From the NCBI RefSeq assembly GCF_006345805.1, contig NC_042997.1, positions 71,796,001 through 71,860,000 of the forward strand: DNA of 64,000 bases. Direction: 5' to 3'. Origin of the DNA: Octopus sinensis. Taxonomy: Eukaryota. Below, piece by piece: positions 13,170 to 24,904 of this stretch (position 1 is the first letter of the stretch; the number at the start of each line of letters is the position of its first letter). The position numbers and the translations under genes are program-made. The notes beneath the pieces were generated by a model that had not been told where the DNA came from, made no database searches, and was given only the letters and a program-made list of their open reading frames with translations.

Positions 13170-14605
13170 AAAAGGGCTGGCACTTTCTCTCCCGCTTCGC
13201 TGGCAGACTTCGTTCACTCCAATAAATCTTTGTCTGTCAGGGTTTTAGAGTGGGCATCGATGAGATCCTTGACATCTTGCGTGATGTCGTCAAAACCTTC
13301 ATCACCAAGTACCTGTTCCAGTTTCACCACATTGTTGACAGCCCCATACTGAATATCTTCAGGTGGGAAGTCTTCGTAATCTTGAACACACTCTGGCCAC
13401 ACCTTCTTCCAGCATGCAATGAAGGTTTCTTTCTTCATGTCTTTAAGAACAATGTGGATAACTGACAGGCACGTTGCGATCGTGAAGTTACACTAATACT
13501 CCTTTAACTTGAAATTCTCGTCCGAATCCATTGCGTTCACAAGATTTCGGGGAGAGTTTCGAGTGTAAAGTGCTTTAAAGGCACGGATGACGCCTCGAAC
13601 CATAGTCTGCATGATAAAGGTGGTATTGGCAGGGAGGAACTCGACTTGGAGTCCCTCTTGATTCAAATCCAAAGAGTGACCACCAGCATTATCCATAACA
13701 AGCAGCACCTTGAATTCCTTGCATACGTTTTGGAGGTATTCCTTGGCTTGAAGGATGAAGCATTGGTGGAAGCAATTCAAAGTTAGACTTTTGGCAATCC
13801 AGGCCTTGGGGCTGTGCATCCAGTAGACAGGCAACAGGTTTTTATTCTTATTTTTGAAGGCCATCGGGTTCGCGGACTTGTAGATAAGTATTGGTTTCAT
13901 CTTGAAATCAACAGCATTACCACATATAATTAGCGTCACTCTGTCCTTCTGTACCTTAAATCCTGGGGCTCTAGCGTCGTCCTTCATGATATACATTCTG
14001 GAAGGCATCTTCTTCCAGAAGAAGCTAGTCTCGTCCATATTGAAGACCTGTTCCGGTTTGTATCCCTTGCCCTCGATGATTTTCCTGAAGGTCTCGAGGT
14101 ACTTCTGGGCGGCTTCCTTGTCGATCGATGCCGTCTCTCCATGCAGGGAAACACACTGTTTCTGAAAACGGTCAAACCATCCCTTGCTGGTTTAAAAACC
14201 TTCGGGCTCCGGTGCTGTCAATGGTCTTGGTTGCGGTTCTTCAGTACCTTCTGCTCCATCCCCTCTGTCAAAATGCTGGTATAAATTTCGCACTTTCTCG
14301 CGGATGATGTTACCATTCAACGGGATGTCTTTCTTCTTGTAGTCACTGATCCACAATGCCAAGGCAGATTCCATCCTGACGAAGTACTTATTTCTCACTA
14401 TCGTTATCTTTTTGGCACTTTCACTGAAGCTTGCTGCTACCGTAGTCCTGATCGCCACCTCGTTCTTCTTAATATAGTGTATGGTGCTTTTGTTGACAAC
14501 GTAATAGCGACCTACAGCAGCATACATTTTATGGAGCATCATAACCTTTTTCTGATGCTTAGGTTCACTGTCAGAAGCCTTAGGTGTAGGGCGTTTGGAC
14601 GGCAT
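13170..14605 (-). pseudogene. Tigger/pogo (TIGD1-like) transposase, frameshifted
   Basis: CENP-B-type HTH (MESALALWI...REK), then GWFDRF, FNMDETSFFWKKMP, KDRVT, LLVMDNAGGH and FLPANTT (DDE-1 domain); split over ORFs 14192-14605, 13493-14038 and 13214-13438. Confidence 0.92.
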
Positions 14606-14820
14606 TTTAGGGCTTTAGTAATACGCTGCAAAAAGCACAACACTCAACAAAACTGGACGCAGTTTTTTCCAACAACTCGTACCCAAAAGTCTTCCTTGCG
14701 TCTAATATGCATATATCACCAATGGGAGAATGAGTAGGGATTAAAAATAATCATGGTTTTAAAAAATGTAGTTTGTATTACCACTAGATACAGTAATCTA
14801 TACTATAATAAGAGTGAGTG

Positions 14821-15040
14821 AAGGCGGCAAGCTAGCAGAAACGTTAGCACGCCGGACGAAATACTTAGTGGTATTTCGTCTGCCTTTACGTTCTGTTCTG
14901 AGTTCAAATCTCGCCGAAGTCGACCTTGCCTTTTGCCTTTCATCCTTTCGGGGTCAATAAATTAAGTACCAGTTGCGTACTGGTGTTGATCTAACCCCCT
15001 CTCCCAAAATTTCGGGCCTTTTGCCTAGAGTAGAAGAGAA
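14821..15040 (+). mobile_element. tRNA-like SINE family 2
   Basis: aggcggcaagctagcagaaacgttagcacg...gagttcaaatc...ggggtcaataaattaagtaccag; shared with copies at 30372, 33178, 35905, 36871 and 43484. Confidence 0.85.
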
Positions 15041-15455
15041 TAATAAGAGTGAGTGAGTGAGTAAGAGAGGGAGGGAGGGACCAGCCAGTAACCTAATTTC
15101 AATGTGGCTATATTGACTCACAACCTTAAAAATTATCTTGTTGAAATAAACAATGTGCGTGATCAAATGTAGCGATGATTTTATAAAAGCGCTAGTATAA
15201 AATTATCGTTCAGTCTCGTGTTGTATAAATCTTTGATCTGCCAAGTAATACAGGTGCGATGCATTGTGTGTATATATATATATATACACCAGAGTAAGCA
15301 CAAAAAATGTGAACCAAGGTGGGAAAATAGTACTCGAATACCGGAGGTAGAGCAATACGCTTATTAATAAACCTGCAAAGACATCACAAAAACCATTACT
15401 CAGAATTTCCCTTTCGTCGGACAGTTTTGGTTGAGAAACTGTCCAACCAAACAAA

Positions 15456-15495
15456 ACTGTCTGACGAATGGAAACGTGAAACTCTGAGTAATAGT
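15456..15495 (+). ncRNA. Minimal type I hammerhead ribozyme, canonical core
   Basis: ACUGU-CUGACGA-AUG(GAAA)CGU-GAAA-CUCUGAG-UA/AUAGU. Stem I 5 bp, stem II 3 bp with GAAA loop, near-palindromic stem III, GUA site (cut after 15490). Confidence 0.72.
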
Positions 15496-15612
15496 TTTTG
15501 TGATGTCTTTGCAGCTTTATTAATAAAGTATATATAGATATACATTCACTACAATGAGAGGCTGTTGCTGAGAGACAAATACAGCGAGGGAAGGGGAATG
15601 CGTGCGTGTGTA

Positions 15613-15659
<47 letters not shown>

Positions 15660-16007
15660 TTGTGTGTGTGTATGTGTATGTGAAATACAGATAAATGTCG
15701 CTATGCTAATTAGCAAGGTTTGATTGAAAGCTGGAATAAGAGATACAAGATACAGTTTATTTGTATCTAAAACAATCAACCGACGTGATACGAAGGGGCG
15801 TCCGATAAATCGACAAATATGGTATATTGTTATTAATAATTTATCCTTAAAAAGTGTGAAAATATATATATTACCACGAAAAAAGCCATTAAAAACCACG
15901 GACGATATTTACGATTCTGCGAATATACAGTGGTTTCCGCGAACAATTATTACTTCAGCGAATAACCGGAACCGCGAATGCCGAACCGCGAATAAGTGGG
16001 GGGACAC

Positions 16008-16038
<31 letters not shown>

Positions 16039-17120
16039 GGGGGAGGAGGGTGGTGTTTAACCCCAGGTCAGGTCTGATCGAATTTAGCCTATGATGAAAG
16101 GCGTGACAGTTATTTAGCTTGTCAGCAACAATCCACTCTACATGACTTTTTATTCAGCAGACCTTACATGACCCTTTCACCCAACCCTCTAGCCCTACTA
16201 TCAACTGTATTTACTTCTTAACCTGTGTAGTTGCGGATGTTTTTTTTTTTATAGATTTCCTTTTATCACTTTGCCTTGTCTGTTCCCTCGCCTCCGACCA
16301 AGCCGCTTTTGTGTTAGCTATTTTTTTTACTTTCTTCCTCACAGTTTTGTTTGTTTATTCGGAAAGAACGTCTGTTTCTTACATTCCTTTATTCACTCAG
16401 TGTGACGTTTGTCGGCAGTCTTAGTTGATAGATTCTTTTTGTATTCAGAAGGACCATTTTGTTAGCGAGGAGATAAAAAACACATCAAGTGCCCACCCCA
16501 TCAAAATAACCTCCATTGACATCTAGAAATTATTGTAACAGAAACAGAAATTGAAGGCCAAACTTCAACTTACTTCCTCACCTGATAAACTAAAGAGAGT
16601 TTAAATGAGGTCACAAATTCTGAAGTGAGGGAGAGAGGGAGAGAAAGGGAGAGGGAGAGAGAGAGAAAGAAAGAAAGAAAGAAAGAGAGAGATGTTCATA
16701 AAATCTCCGTTCTTTCATCTGAAGAAAAGCAGTGAGTCCTGCAATACCATACTGATAATAAACACCCCTGCTCTGTCAAGATATATATATATATAATATA
16801 TATATATATTTATATATATATATATATAAATGTTTGAGGCTCGGCATATTTGTTTTAAAGATTCTAATTTTCATAACAGCGACTCTCAAATGAATGGTGA
16901 AAGTTTAACAACAAGAAATAATCGATTACTACATAAGATAACGTTACAGCAAATTAACAATTTGATTGTGAAATTACACATAACTTGATTTTTAACTTGA
17001 AACTATATATAGCTTTAATGGGTCAGACAAAACGATCACGATTATTATCTGGGCCAGTGTTCACCCGACTACAGTGTTCATCAGCTTGTAGTTTTAACCC
17101 AAAAATTACAGCAAAACTAC

Positions 17121-17566
17121 ATATGTTTTATATAGAGAATTAATATATTTCATGTGTTATCTTATGTACTAGTCTTACTGGGGTTACACTTACTGTCAAA
17201 CTGACATATGCAGCTTAAGTGAGAGAATATTATCAAAGTCATAATCTTAGCATCATCATTAGTAACCTCCGTATTATCATCATTATCACACTCTGAACTA
17301 GTATTAACATCATTTTTGTCATCATAAGCAGTAGTAACAGCAGCAGCACCAAGCAGTGTTCGTTAATAAAATGTTTGAGGCGTTTGAGAAAATATTTAAT
17401 TGCTCGTGTAAAAAACATTTTAGGAATACCTACTTTTAAAGCAGTTTGAGTAAGATTTACAATTTCTTTTTATTTAATGTCAAATTCTTTTCATCCAATC
17501 GTTCTCATTGCAAGAAAACAGCAAAAGTAAGATCAACAGAAAAATGACTACCGGACTATTCTTGTA
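17121..17566 (+). repeat. Direct repeat A, copy 1 (copy 2 at 18327-18769)
   Basis: Near-identical ~445 bp sequences starting atatgttttatatagagaatt. Confidence 0.95.
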
Positions 17567-18081
17567 AGAATGCAGTTTCCACTGCTGCATTGTTTAATAA
17601 TATATGGGTATATGTGAAATACTGGTAATATTTTTAAAATCTTACCCAGATTTCATGACTCGGTAGAGTAAATAATTGACTTCGACTTTTGCAGTGTTAA
17701 ACGGATGATTGATATCTTCCCTTAGATAAGACGCTTCATTATTCCAGATAGTTTCTGTTGCTATTTCTGATGGCACATTCATGTGACGTGTTATGTAGAA
17801 TAAATTAATTTGTTCAAGAAGACACATCTGAAATGTATTGAAGCTTCCGAACCAGCCGGTTGTAGTCTAATATTGTACTGTCTTGGTTATTTCACAGTTA
17901 TGTGGTCTATTCTAGTTTAGCTATAAATAGTTTCCGTCAGTGACATCTATGTTGCTGTACTGTTGCTCTACTACTATACGTGTCCTGGTTGTAATAATTT
18001 CTATCCCCAACTTACTAAAACGGGAAAATAGATTCAATATGAATGAATGAATCTCGCTGATACAAGGATTCAGTAGACTGT

Positions 18082-18293
18082 TTTACTCTTTTACTTGTTT
18101 CAGTCATTTGACTGCGGCCATGCTGGAGCACCGCCTTTAGTCGAGGAAATCGACCCCAGGACTTATCCTTTGTAAGCCTAGTACTTATTCTATCGGTCTC
18201 TTTTGCCGAGCCGCTATGTTACGGGGACGTAAACACACCAGCATCGGTTGTCAAGCGATGTTGTGGGGGAGGGGGACAAACACAGGCACATAA

Positions 18294-18295
<2 letters not shown>
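18082..18295 (-). mobile_element. SINE family 1, 3' half (young copy)
   Basis: ttttactcttttacttgtttcagtcatttgactgcggccatgctggagcaccgcc... is the reverse complement of the family tail. Confidence 0.9.
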
Positions 18296-18326
<31 letters not shown>

Positions 18327-18331
<5 letters not shown>

Positions 18332-18769
18332 GTTTTATATAGAGAATTAATATATTTCATGTGTTATCTTATGTACTAGTCTTACTGGGGTTACACTTAC
18401 TGTCAAACTGACATATGCAGCTTAAGTGAGAGAATATTATCAAAGTCATAATCTTAGCATCATCATTAGTAACCTCCGTATTATCATCATTATCACACTC
18501 TGAACTAGTATTAACATCATTTTTGTCATCATAAGCAGTAGTAACAGCAGCAGCACCAAGCAGTGTTCGTTAATAAAATGTTTGAGGCGTTTGAGAAAAT
18601 ATTTAATTGCTCGTGTAAAAAACATTTTAGGAATACCTACTTTTAAAGCAATTTGAGTAAGATTTACGATTTCTTTTTATTTAATGTCAAATTCTTTTCA
18701 TCCAATCGTTCTCATTGCAAGAAAACAGCAAAAGATCAACAGAAAAAATACTGCCGGACTATTCTTGTA
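18327..18769 (+). repeat. Direct repeat A, copy 2
   Basis: See 17121-17566. Confidence 0.95.
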
Positions 18770-18777
18770 TATAATAT

Positions 18778-19212
18778 TAGAAAAAAACACCTTATATCAA
18801 TTCAAAATGAACAATTAAATTACACCATCTAGAAATTTACATATAATAGAAATATTAAAACTAAAATAACAATAAAATGTCATTGATAAAGTAAATTGCA
18901 AAAAAATAGTAAAAACTTATATAATTGGTTTCCGTCAGTGACATCTATGTTGCTGTACTGTTGCTCTACTACTATACGTGTCCTGGTTATAATAATTTCT
19001 ATCCCCAACTTACTAAAACGGGAAAATAGATTCAATATGAATGAATGAATCTTGCTGATATAATTATATACGTTTTCATTATTTTTTTTCAATTTACATT
19101 ATCATTGACATTTTATTGTTATTTTAAGTTTAATATTTCTATTATATGTAATTTTCTAGAAGGTGTAATTTAATTGTTCATTTTGAATTGATAAAAGGTG
19201 TTTTTTTTCTTA
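18778..19212. mobile_element. Fold-back/MITE-like element with ~120 bp inverted ends
   Basis: 18778-18897 is an imperfect reverse complement of 19096-19212. The interior contains a copy (18929-19060) of 17931-18062. Confidence 0.7.
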
Positions 19213-19315
19213 TTTTATATATATATATATTATATTGTGTGAAATTTGATTTAGTATTTCTAAATTGAATTTTTTCCTTGTAAGATTGGATCTTATTCCC
19301 TCAAATAATGGTAAT

Positions 19316-19398
<83 letters not shown>

Positions 19399-19665
19399 CA
19401 TATATATATACACACATACATATATGCACACACACACAGACACATATATATATACATACACATAAGTAACATGGATGTCCAGGTATCAATACATTACGGC
19501 CGTTTCGAGCGGCTCCGTTTAATCGATCAATGAAAACATTACATCAATTTGAAAGAAACCATTTGTAACAAACCTTTTGTAACAAATTTATATCAACACT
19601 AGAAACCAAAGTAATTACATTGCTTCCTTCTGTTATATTTGTGGGAGAATGAGTTTAGGAAATTA

Positions 19666-19911
19666 TGCATATCTTATTAAGCCTACCATCATTTTGAGAG
19701 TAGCTGAGGAAACAAGAAGGGGTCAAGATATAGGAGTGGTGAGATAGTTATTTATAGTTAAAAGAGTTTATGCAGCATGTAGTCTACAACCATTTAGAAT
19801 TAAATCCATTGGGAGTTGTCAACTATGTTCTAGTCCTCACCACTCCTATATCTTGACCCCTACTATTTTCCTCCGCTACTCTTTAAATTGTAGTAGGCTT
19901 AATAAGATATG
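19666..19911. repeat. Imperfect inverted repeat (~80 bp arms)
   Basis: catatcttattaagcctac...ggggtcaagatataggagtggtgag versus ctcaccactcctatatcttgacccc...gtaggcttaataagatatg. Confidence 0.85.
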
Positions 19912-20146
19912 AATGGAAAAGTCCAAGGAATGAAAAGAAATCGTCAACAGCTCGTGTGTAGTTTCATGTATATTATTTTTCTTTTACTTGTTTCAGTCAT
20001 CTGACTTCGGCCTTACTGGAGCAGCATGTATACATATCATATATATATATGCAAGTATGCACGCGCGCGCATGTTTATATATATATGTGTGTATGTGTAC
20101 GTGTGTACATATATATATATACATACATACATATACATATATATAT

Positions 20147-20182
<36 letters not shown>

Positions 20183-20214
20183 CGCGAGAAAGAAGCAACA
20201 AGAATGGATAGGTT

Positions 20215-20303
20215 TTTAGTACGATCGTTTCATACAAGGACAGGTTTTATTAAAAGTTGCAAAGATTACAGCATATAAACGAGTCCCGTACTCATCAGCT
20301 AAA
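20215..20303 (-). ncRNA. Type I hammerhead ribozyme with expanded stem II (left arm)
   Basis: UUUAG-CUGAUGA-GUACGGGAC...GUCCUUGUAU-GAAA-CGAUCG-UA/CUAAA. Confidence 0.7.
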
Positions 20304-20620
20304 ATACATGTAAGTTCTCTAGACATCCTAGTGTTTGAGGCTATACTCATGAAGTAATGTAGATAATTAAACAGATTTCTAAAGTTCATTAAAGTTCTTT
20401 AAAGATGATGTACAGTCTTATCACAGAATTTTAAAAAAGTTTTGATAGCATCACAGATGCTATCAAAACTGTGATGCTATCAAAACTTTTTTAAAATTCT
20501 GTGATAAGACTGTACATCATCTTTAAAGAACTTTAATGAACTTTAGAAATCTGTTTAATTATCTACATTACTTCATGAGTATAGCCTCAAACACTAGGAT
20601 GTCTAGAGAACTTACATGTA

Positions 20621-20708
20621 TTTAGCTGATGAGTACGGGACTCGTTTATATGCTGTAATCTTTGCAACTTTTAATAAAACTGTCCTTGTATGAAACGATC
20701 GTACTAAA
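20621..20708 (+). ncRNA. Type I hammerhead ribozyme with expanded stem II (right arm)
   Basis: Same motif on the plus strand: stem I UUUAG/CUAAA, palindromic stem III ACGAUCGU, GUA site (cut after 20703). Confidence 0.72.
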
Positions 20709-20860
20709 AACCTATCCATTCTTGTTGCTTCTTTCTCGCTTATAATCACCCCACATTACTGTACTGTTAAATCAGTATAGTTTTTTTTTTGGTGCATCTA
20801 AGTTAGGTACCATATTCAAGTAAATTCTTTTAAATTAACTTGAATCTTTATTGCTCTTTG

Positions 20861-20919
<59 letters not shown>

Positions 20920-21054
20920 TGTATATATATACAGAGAGACATCCATAAATACACATACATATATACAGGTATACATTCAGAGGTGTATACATGTCCTGCC
21001 ACGATAACATCACTTCCTTCGTCTGCCGTAAGGCATTATTTTTCAAATACGCCA

Positions 21055-21310
21055 GTTGAGTTCAATTCGTCTAAGTCGAAAGACGCCTGTTGTTATGTCC
21101 TGCTATAATAATTATTATTATTGTTTTTCTGTCCTTGTTTCGTATACGTTCGATCCTTTTTCCAAGAAATCTAATGCTTGTAGCTTAGTTTTTCATTGGG
21201 GCTGGCCGGATCGGAGCAATCTCAAGATTAATCAGCCGAAATTGCGAGGATGATCCGGTTTTTTGTATCGTCTATTTGAATGTTCTGCGATCTTGTCCCA
21301 TTTTGTGTGT
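21055..21310 (+). repeat. Dispersed repeat, homologous to 27790-28135
   Basis: Shared attcgtc..agtcgaaagac.cctgttgttatgtcctg...ggagcaatc.caag...aatcagccgaaat...ttgtcccatttt. Confidence 0.8.
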
Positions 21311-21336
21311 ATATATATATTATATATATATATAAT

Positions 21337-21367
<31 letters not shown>

Positions 21368-22413
21368 TGTGATGTACGGTGTATAGGCCTGGATTGGTGT
21401 TTGCTTCACAACATAAATAAGTTGTTTTTTTTCGGTGGCAGTCCTACCATTTAAAATACAAAACAAATCTAAACAATAGAGAACAAAAGACATTCCGAAG
21501 AATGTGTGATCTTCTTTCTTCATACATTATATCTCCTCGGCAATCACGAATTATCTCGAGTTGCTTAATTGAAATATTTTAGATGAAATGCGTAAAACAC
21601 TTAAACACATGACAATACTGAACAGGAGATGGACAAAATAGTTCGGTATCTATCAGCACCACCGTAAAAGGAGAATAGGATTCCAGTTATTTGTGATAAG
21701 TGCTCTATAAACACAGAGTTATAAAACTTATCACCCGGATGGTTTACTCGATCAACAAGAATACCACCGACAATAACAACAACTGCAAAACTGATAAAGA
21801 AACAATGAAAGTGAATTCAGATATCAGACTACGCCTAGCTTTTTCCTAAGAAAAGATTAAATTAGCTGATCTCCATTCATGTTGAAACTAATATAGCGTG
21901 TTGACTCCCTTAACGCTTTCGAAATAAAGAGATATGGACTCGACAAATCAAGATTGTGAATCGTTTATGAATTTTAATGAAAGAATTGAATTTCCCTTAC
22001 GCTGTTAACACCAATGGAATTCATATTGAGATCACAACACAATCCATCTAACCTCAGATATAAAATTTCCGTTAGCAGAAACAACTTTAACCCATCATCT
22101 ACACATTATACTTTTTTGATAAATCCGCATTTATGTCAGGGTAGGGGTTAGTTTGGTAGTTTTTTATCCCATAACTCTACAGCATCGTTGACGTATCACC
22201 TAAGAGGTGATCTTCACTTTAATGAATTAAGGAAGGGATACACTGGAAGAGTTACCTGATACTTTTCTGATGGCAAGTTAGCACATCATGTACGTTGGTG
22301 GAGTAAATATTTGTGTAATTTAGCCTGTTGAGATTTTTAATTCGTTCGTTCATTGTGTGTAACTGTACTTGCAAACACACTACTTTTCATCTAAATACAT
22401 ACACATACATACA

Positions 22414-22459
<46 letters not shown>

Positions 22460-22576
22460 ACAATTAAGGATAATCTCTTAATAGGGATCTTAACAAGAAA
22501 TTATCGGGTAGCTAGCGTGAAAACCTCATAAAAGAAAAGAATCCGAAAATAATTTTTTTCTTTTGAACAAATTAAT

Positions 22577-22735
22577 TATATCTATATTGTATAAAGGGCA
22601 TTATTACACATAAATGCCTCACACTAGGAGGGACAAAGTCATTACTACCAAAAATTATACTATAATTTTGGTAGTAATGACTTTGTCCCTCCTAGTGTGA
22701 GGCATTTATGTGTAATAATGCCCTTTATACAATAT

Positions 22736-22744
<9 letters not shown>
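22577..22744. mobile_element. Essentially perfect palindromic MITE-like element in (TA)n
   Basis: tataaagggcattattacac...ctaccaaaaattata|ctataattttggtag...gtgtaataatgccctttata; a decayed single arm is present near 50265-50305. Confidence 0.85.
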
Positions 22745-23262
<518 letters not shown>

Positions 23263-23590
23263 TGTGAAGTATATTTGCCATCTCAATATGGCTAACCACT
23301 AAGGGTGGGTGTTTCTGTAGCTTGTAGCCGCAGGAGAGCATCTTCTCCAGCTGGCTATTGACACACTTTCTGTGCACTATCGGTATTTGCAAAGGGAGGT
23401 CATCCTTCTCTCGTCAACCTAAGTGATACGCACGGACTGCAGTTTCTGCTTATTGACCCGTCATCAGCGCACGACAATCACCGGTTTTCGATGGAAGGGT
23501 CTCAATGCAAATATTTATATACTTTTTCCAGTGACTTTTCGTCACTGATCTTAGTGGTTAGCCATATTGAGATGGCAAATATGCTTCACA
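23263..23590 (-). mobile_element. Hammerhead-bearing repeat (family D), copy 2, with inverted 41-bp terminal duplication
   Basis: Homologous to 12457-12732; 23263-23303 is inverted at 23550-23590. Confidence 0.75.
23430..23472 (-). ncRNA. Type I hammerhead ribozyme motif (family D)
   Basis: GUGCG-CUGAUGA-CGGGUCAAUAAGCA-GAAA-CUGCAG-UC/CGUGC. Palindromic stem III ACUGCAGU; stem II poorly paired. Confidence 0.5.
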
Positions 23591-23651
23591 TTGTCGTGCA
23601 GTTACTGTCTATACCTCGTTCAGAGATTTATTATTGCTTGTATACACTTTT

Positions 23652-24100
23652 TCAAGATCGTAGGATCGCGGTTTCGATTCCCAGACCGGGTATTGTGAGT
23701 GTATCTAAAGCTCCACGATGCCTGGCAGTGGGTGGTGGTGAGCCCTGCTGTACTCTTTCACCACAACTTTCTCTCACTATTCCTGTTTCTGTTGTACTTG
23801 TATTTCAAAGGGCCAGCCTTGTCACACTCTGTGTCACGCTGAATCTCCTCGAGAACTACGTTAATGGTACATGTGTCTGTGGAGTACTCAGCCACTTGCA
23901 CGTTAATAAATGAGCTGCGATGTCACTGGTGCTAAGCTGTATCGGCCTTCGCCTTTCCCTTGGATAACATCTGTGGCGTGGAGAGGGGAGGCTGGTATGC
24001 GTGGGCGACTGCTGGTCTTCCATAAACAACCTTGCCCAGACCTGTGAATCGGAGGGTAGCTTTCTAGGTGCAATCCCATGGTCATTCATGACCGAAGGGC
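23652..24100 (+). mobile_element. SINE family 3, longer variant
   Basis: B box ggtttcgattcc; 3' body homologous to 3950-4150. Confidence 0.8.
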
Positions 24101-24176
24101 GCCACAACAATATATTATATAATATAATATAAATAATATATAAATATATGCATATATACATACATACATACATACA

Positions 24177-24209
<33 letters not shown>

Positions 24210-24299
24210 GTACATATATAAATAAGAATGCAAAATATCACCTACAATTGCTAGAAATAAGAGCTAAAAGATATAACTCGAATAGCCACACAAAATCAC

Positions 24300-24525
24300 T
24301 AACCTCATAAGATGTTCAAAGACACTGCGAGCGGCAAGCCCCCAAATTTTTCTCTAGCGAGATAAAACTCACCGAATGAAATAAGTTGAAACGATACCTG
24401 ATTGGTTAAATTTCGAAATCATATGATAGAGTCTTATCAAATTATTTCATTCAGTGACTTTTATTTCGCTGGATAAAGATGTTGTGGCTTGCCGTTCGCA
24501 GTACCTTTCAACACCTCAAGAGGTT
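24300..24525. repeat. Decayed inverted-repeat (MITE-like) element
   Basis: aacctc...actgcgagcggcaagcc...ctagcgagataaaactcaccgaatgaaataag versus ttatttcattcagtgacttttatttcgctgg...ggcttgccgttcgcagt...gaggtt. Confidence 0.65.
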
Positions 24526-24624
24526 GGTGATTTTTGTGTGGCTATCCGAGTTACGTTTTTTAGCTCATATTTCTGGCAATTGTAGGTATTATTTTGCACC
24601 CTTATTTATATATTCTATCTTCTT

Positions 24625-24810
24625 TCTACTTGTTTCAGACATTAGACCGCGGCCATACCGGGACACCATCTTGAAGAATTCTTAGTCGAATGAATTGACA
24701 CCAGTCCTTTTTTTCAAACCTGATACTTATTCTATCGATAGCTTTTGCCGAACAGCTAGGTTACGGGAACGTAAACACACCAGCACAGTTGTCAAGCGGT
24801 GGTGGACACA
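24625..24810 (-). mobile_element. SINE family 1, 3' half
   Basis: Reverse-complement homology to the family tail. Confidence 0.75.
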
Positions 24811-24812
24811 CG

Positions 24813-24899
<87 letters not shown>

Positions 24900-24904
24900 A
24901 TATA

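Larger units (their letters stand above)
12238..16008 (-). mobile_element. Tigger/pogo DNA transposon with nested insertions
   Basis: Tigger-type ends: cagtagtctcccggtattctcggg at 12238 (after TA) and the reverse complement cagtgtcccccacttattcgcgg at ~16008. The transposase lies between them. Confidence 0.7.
20184..20739. repeat. Near-perfect ~270 bp-arm palindrome of a hammerhead-bearing PLE pLTR-like sequence
   Basis: Arms 20184-20456 and 20469-20739 differ by about two 1-nt indels; 12-nt spacer. Confidence 0.95.
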
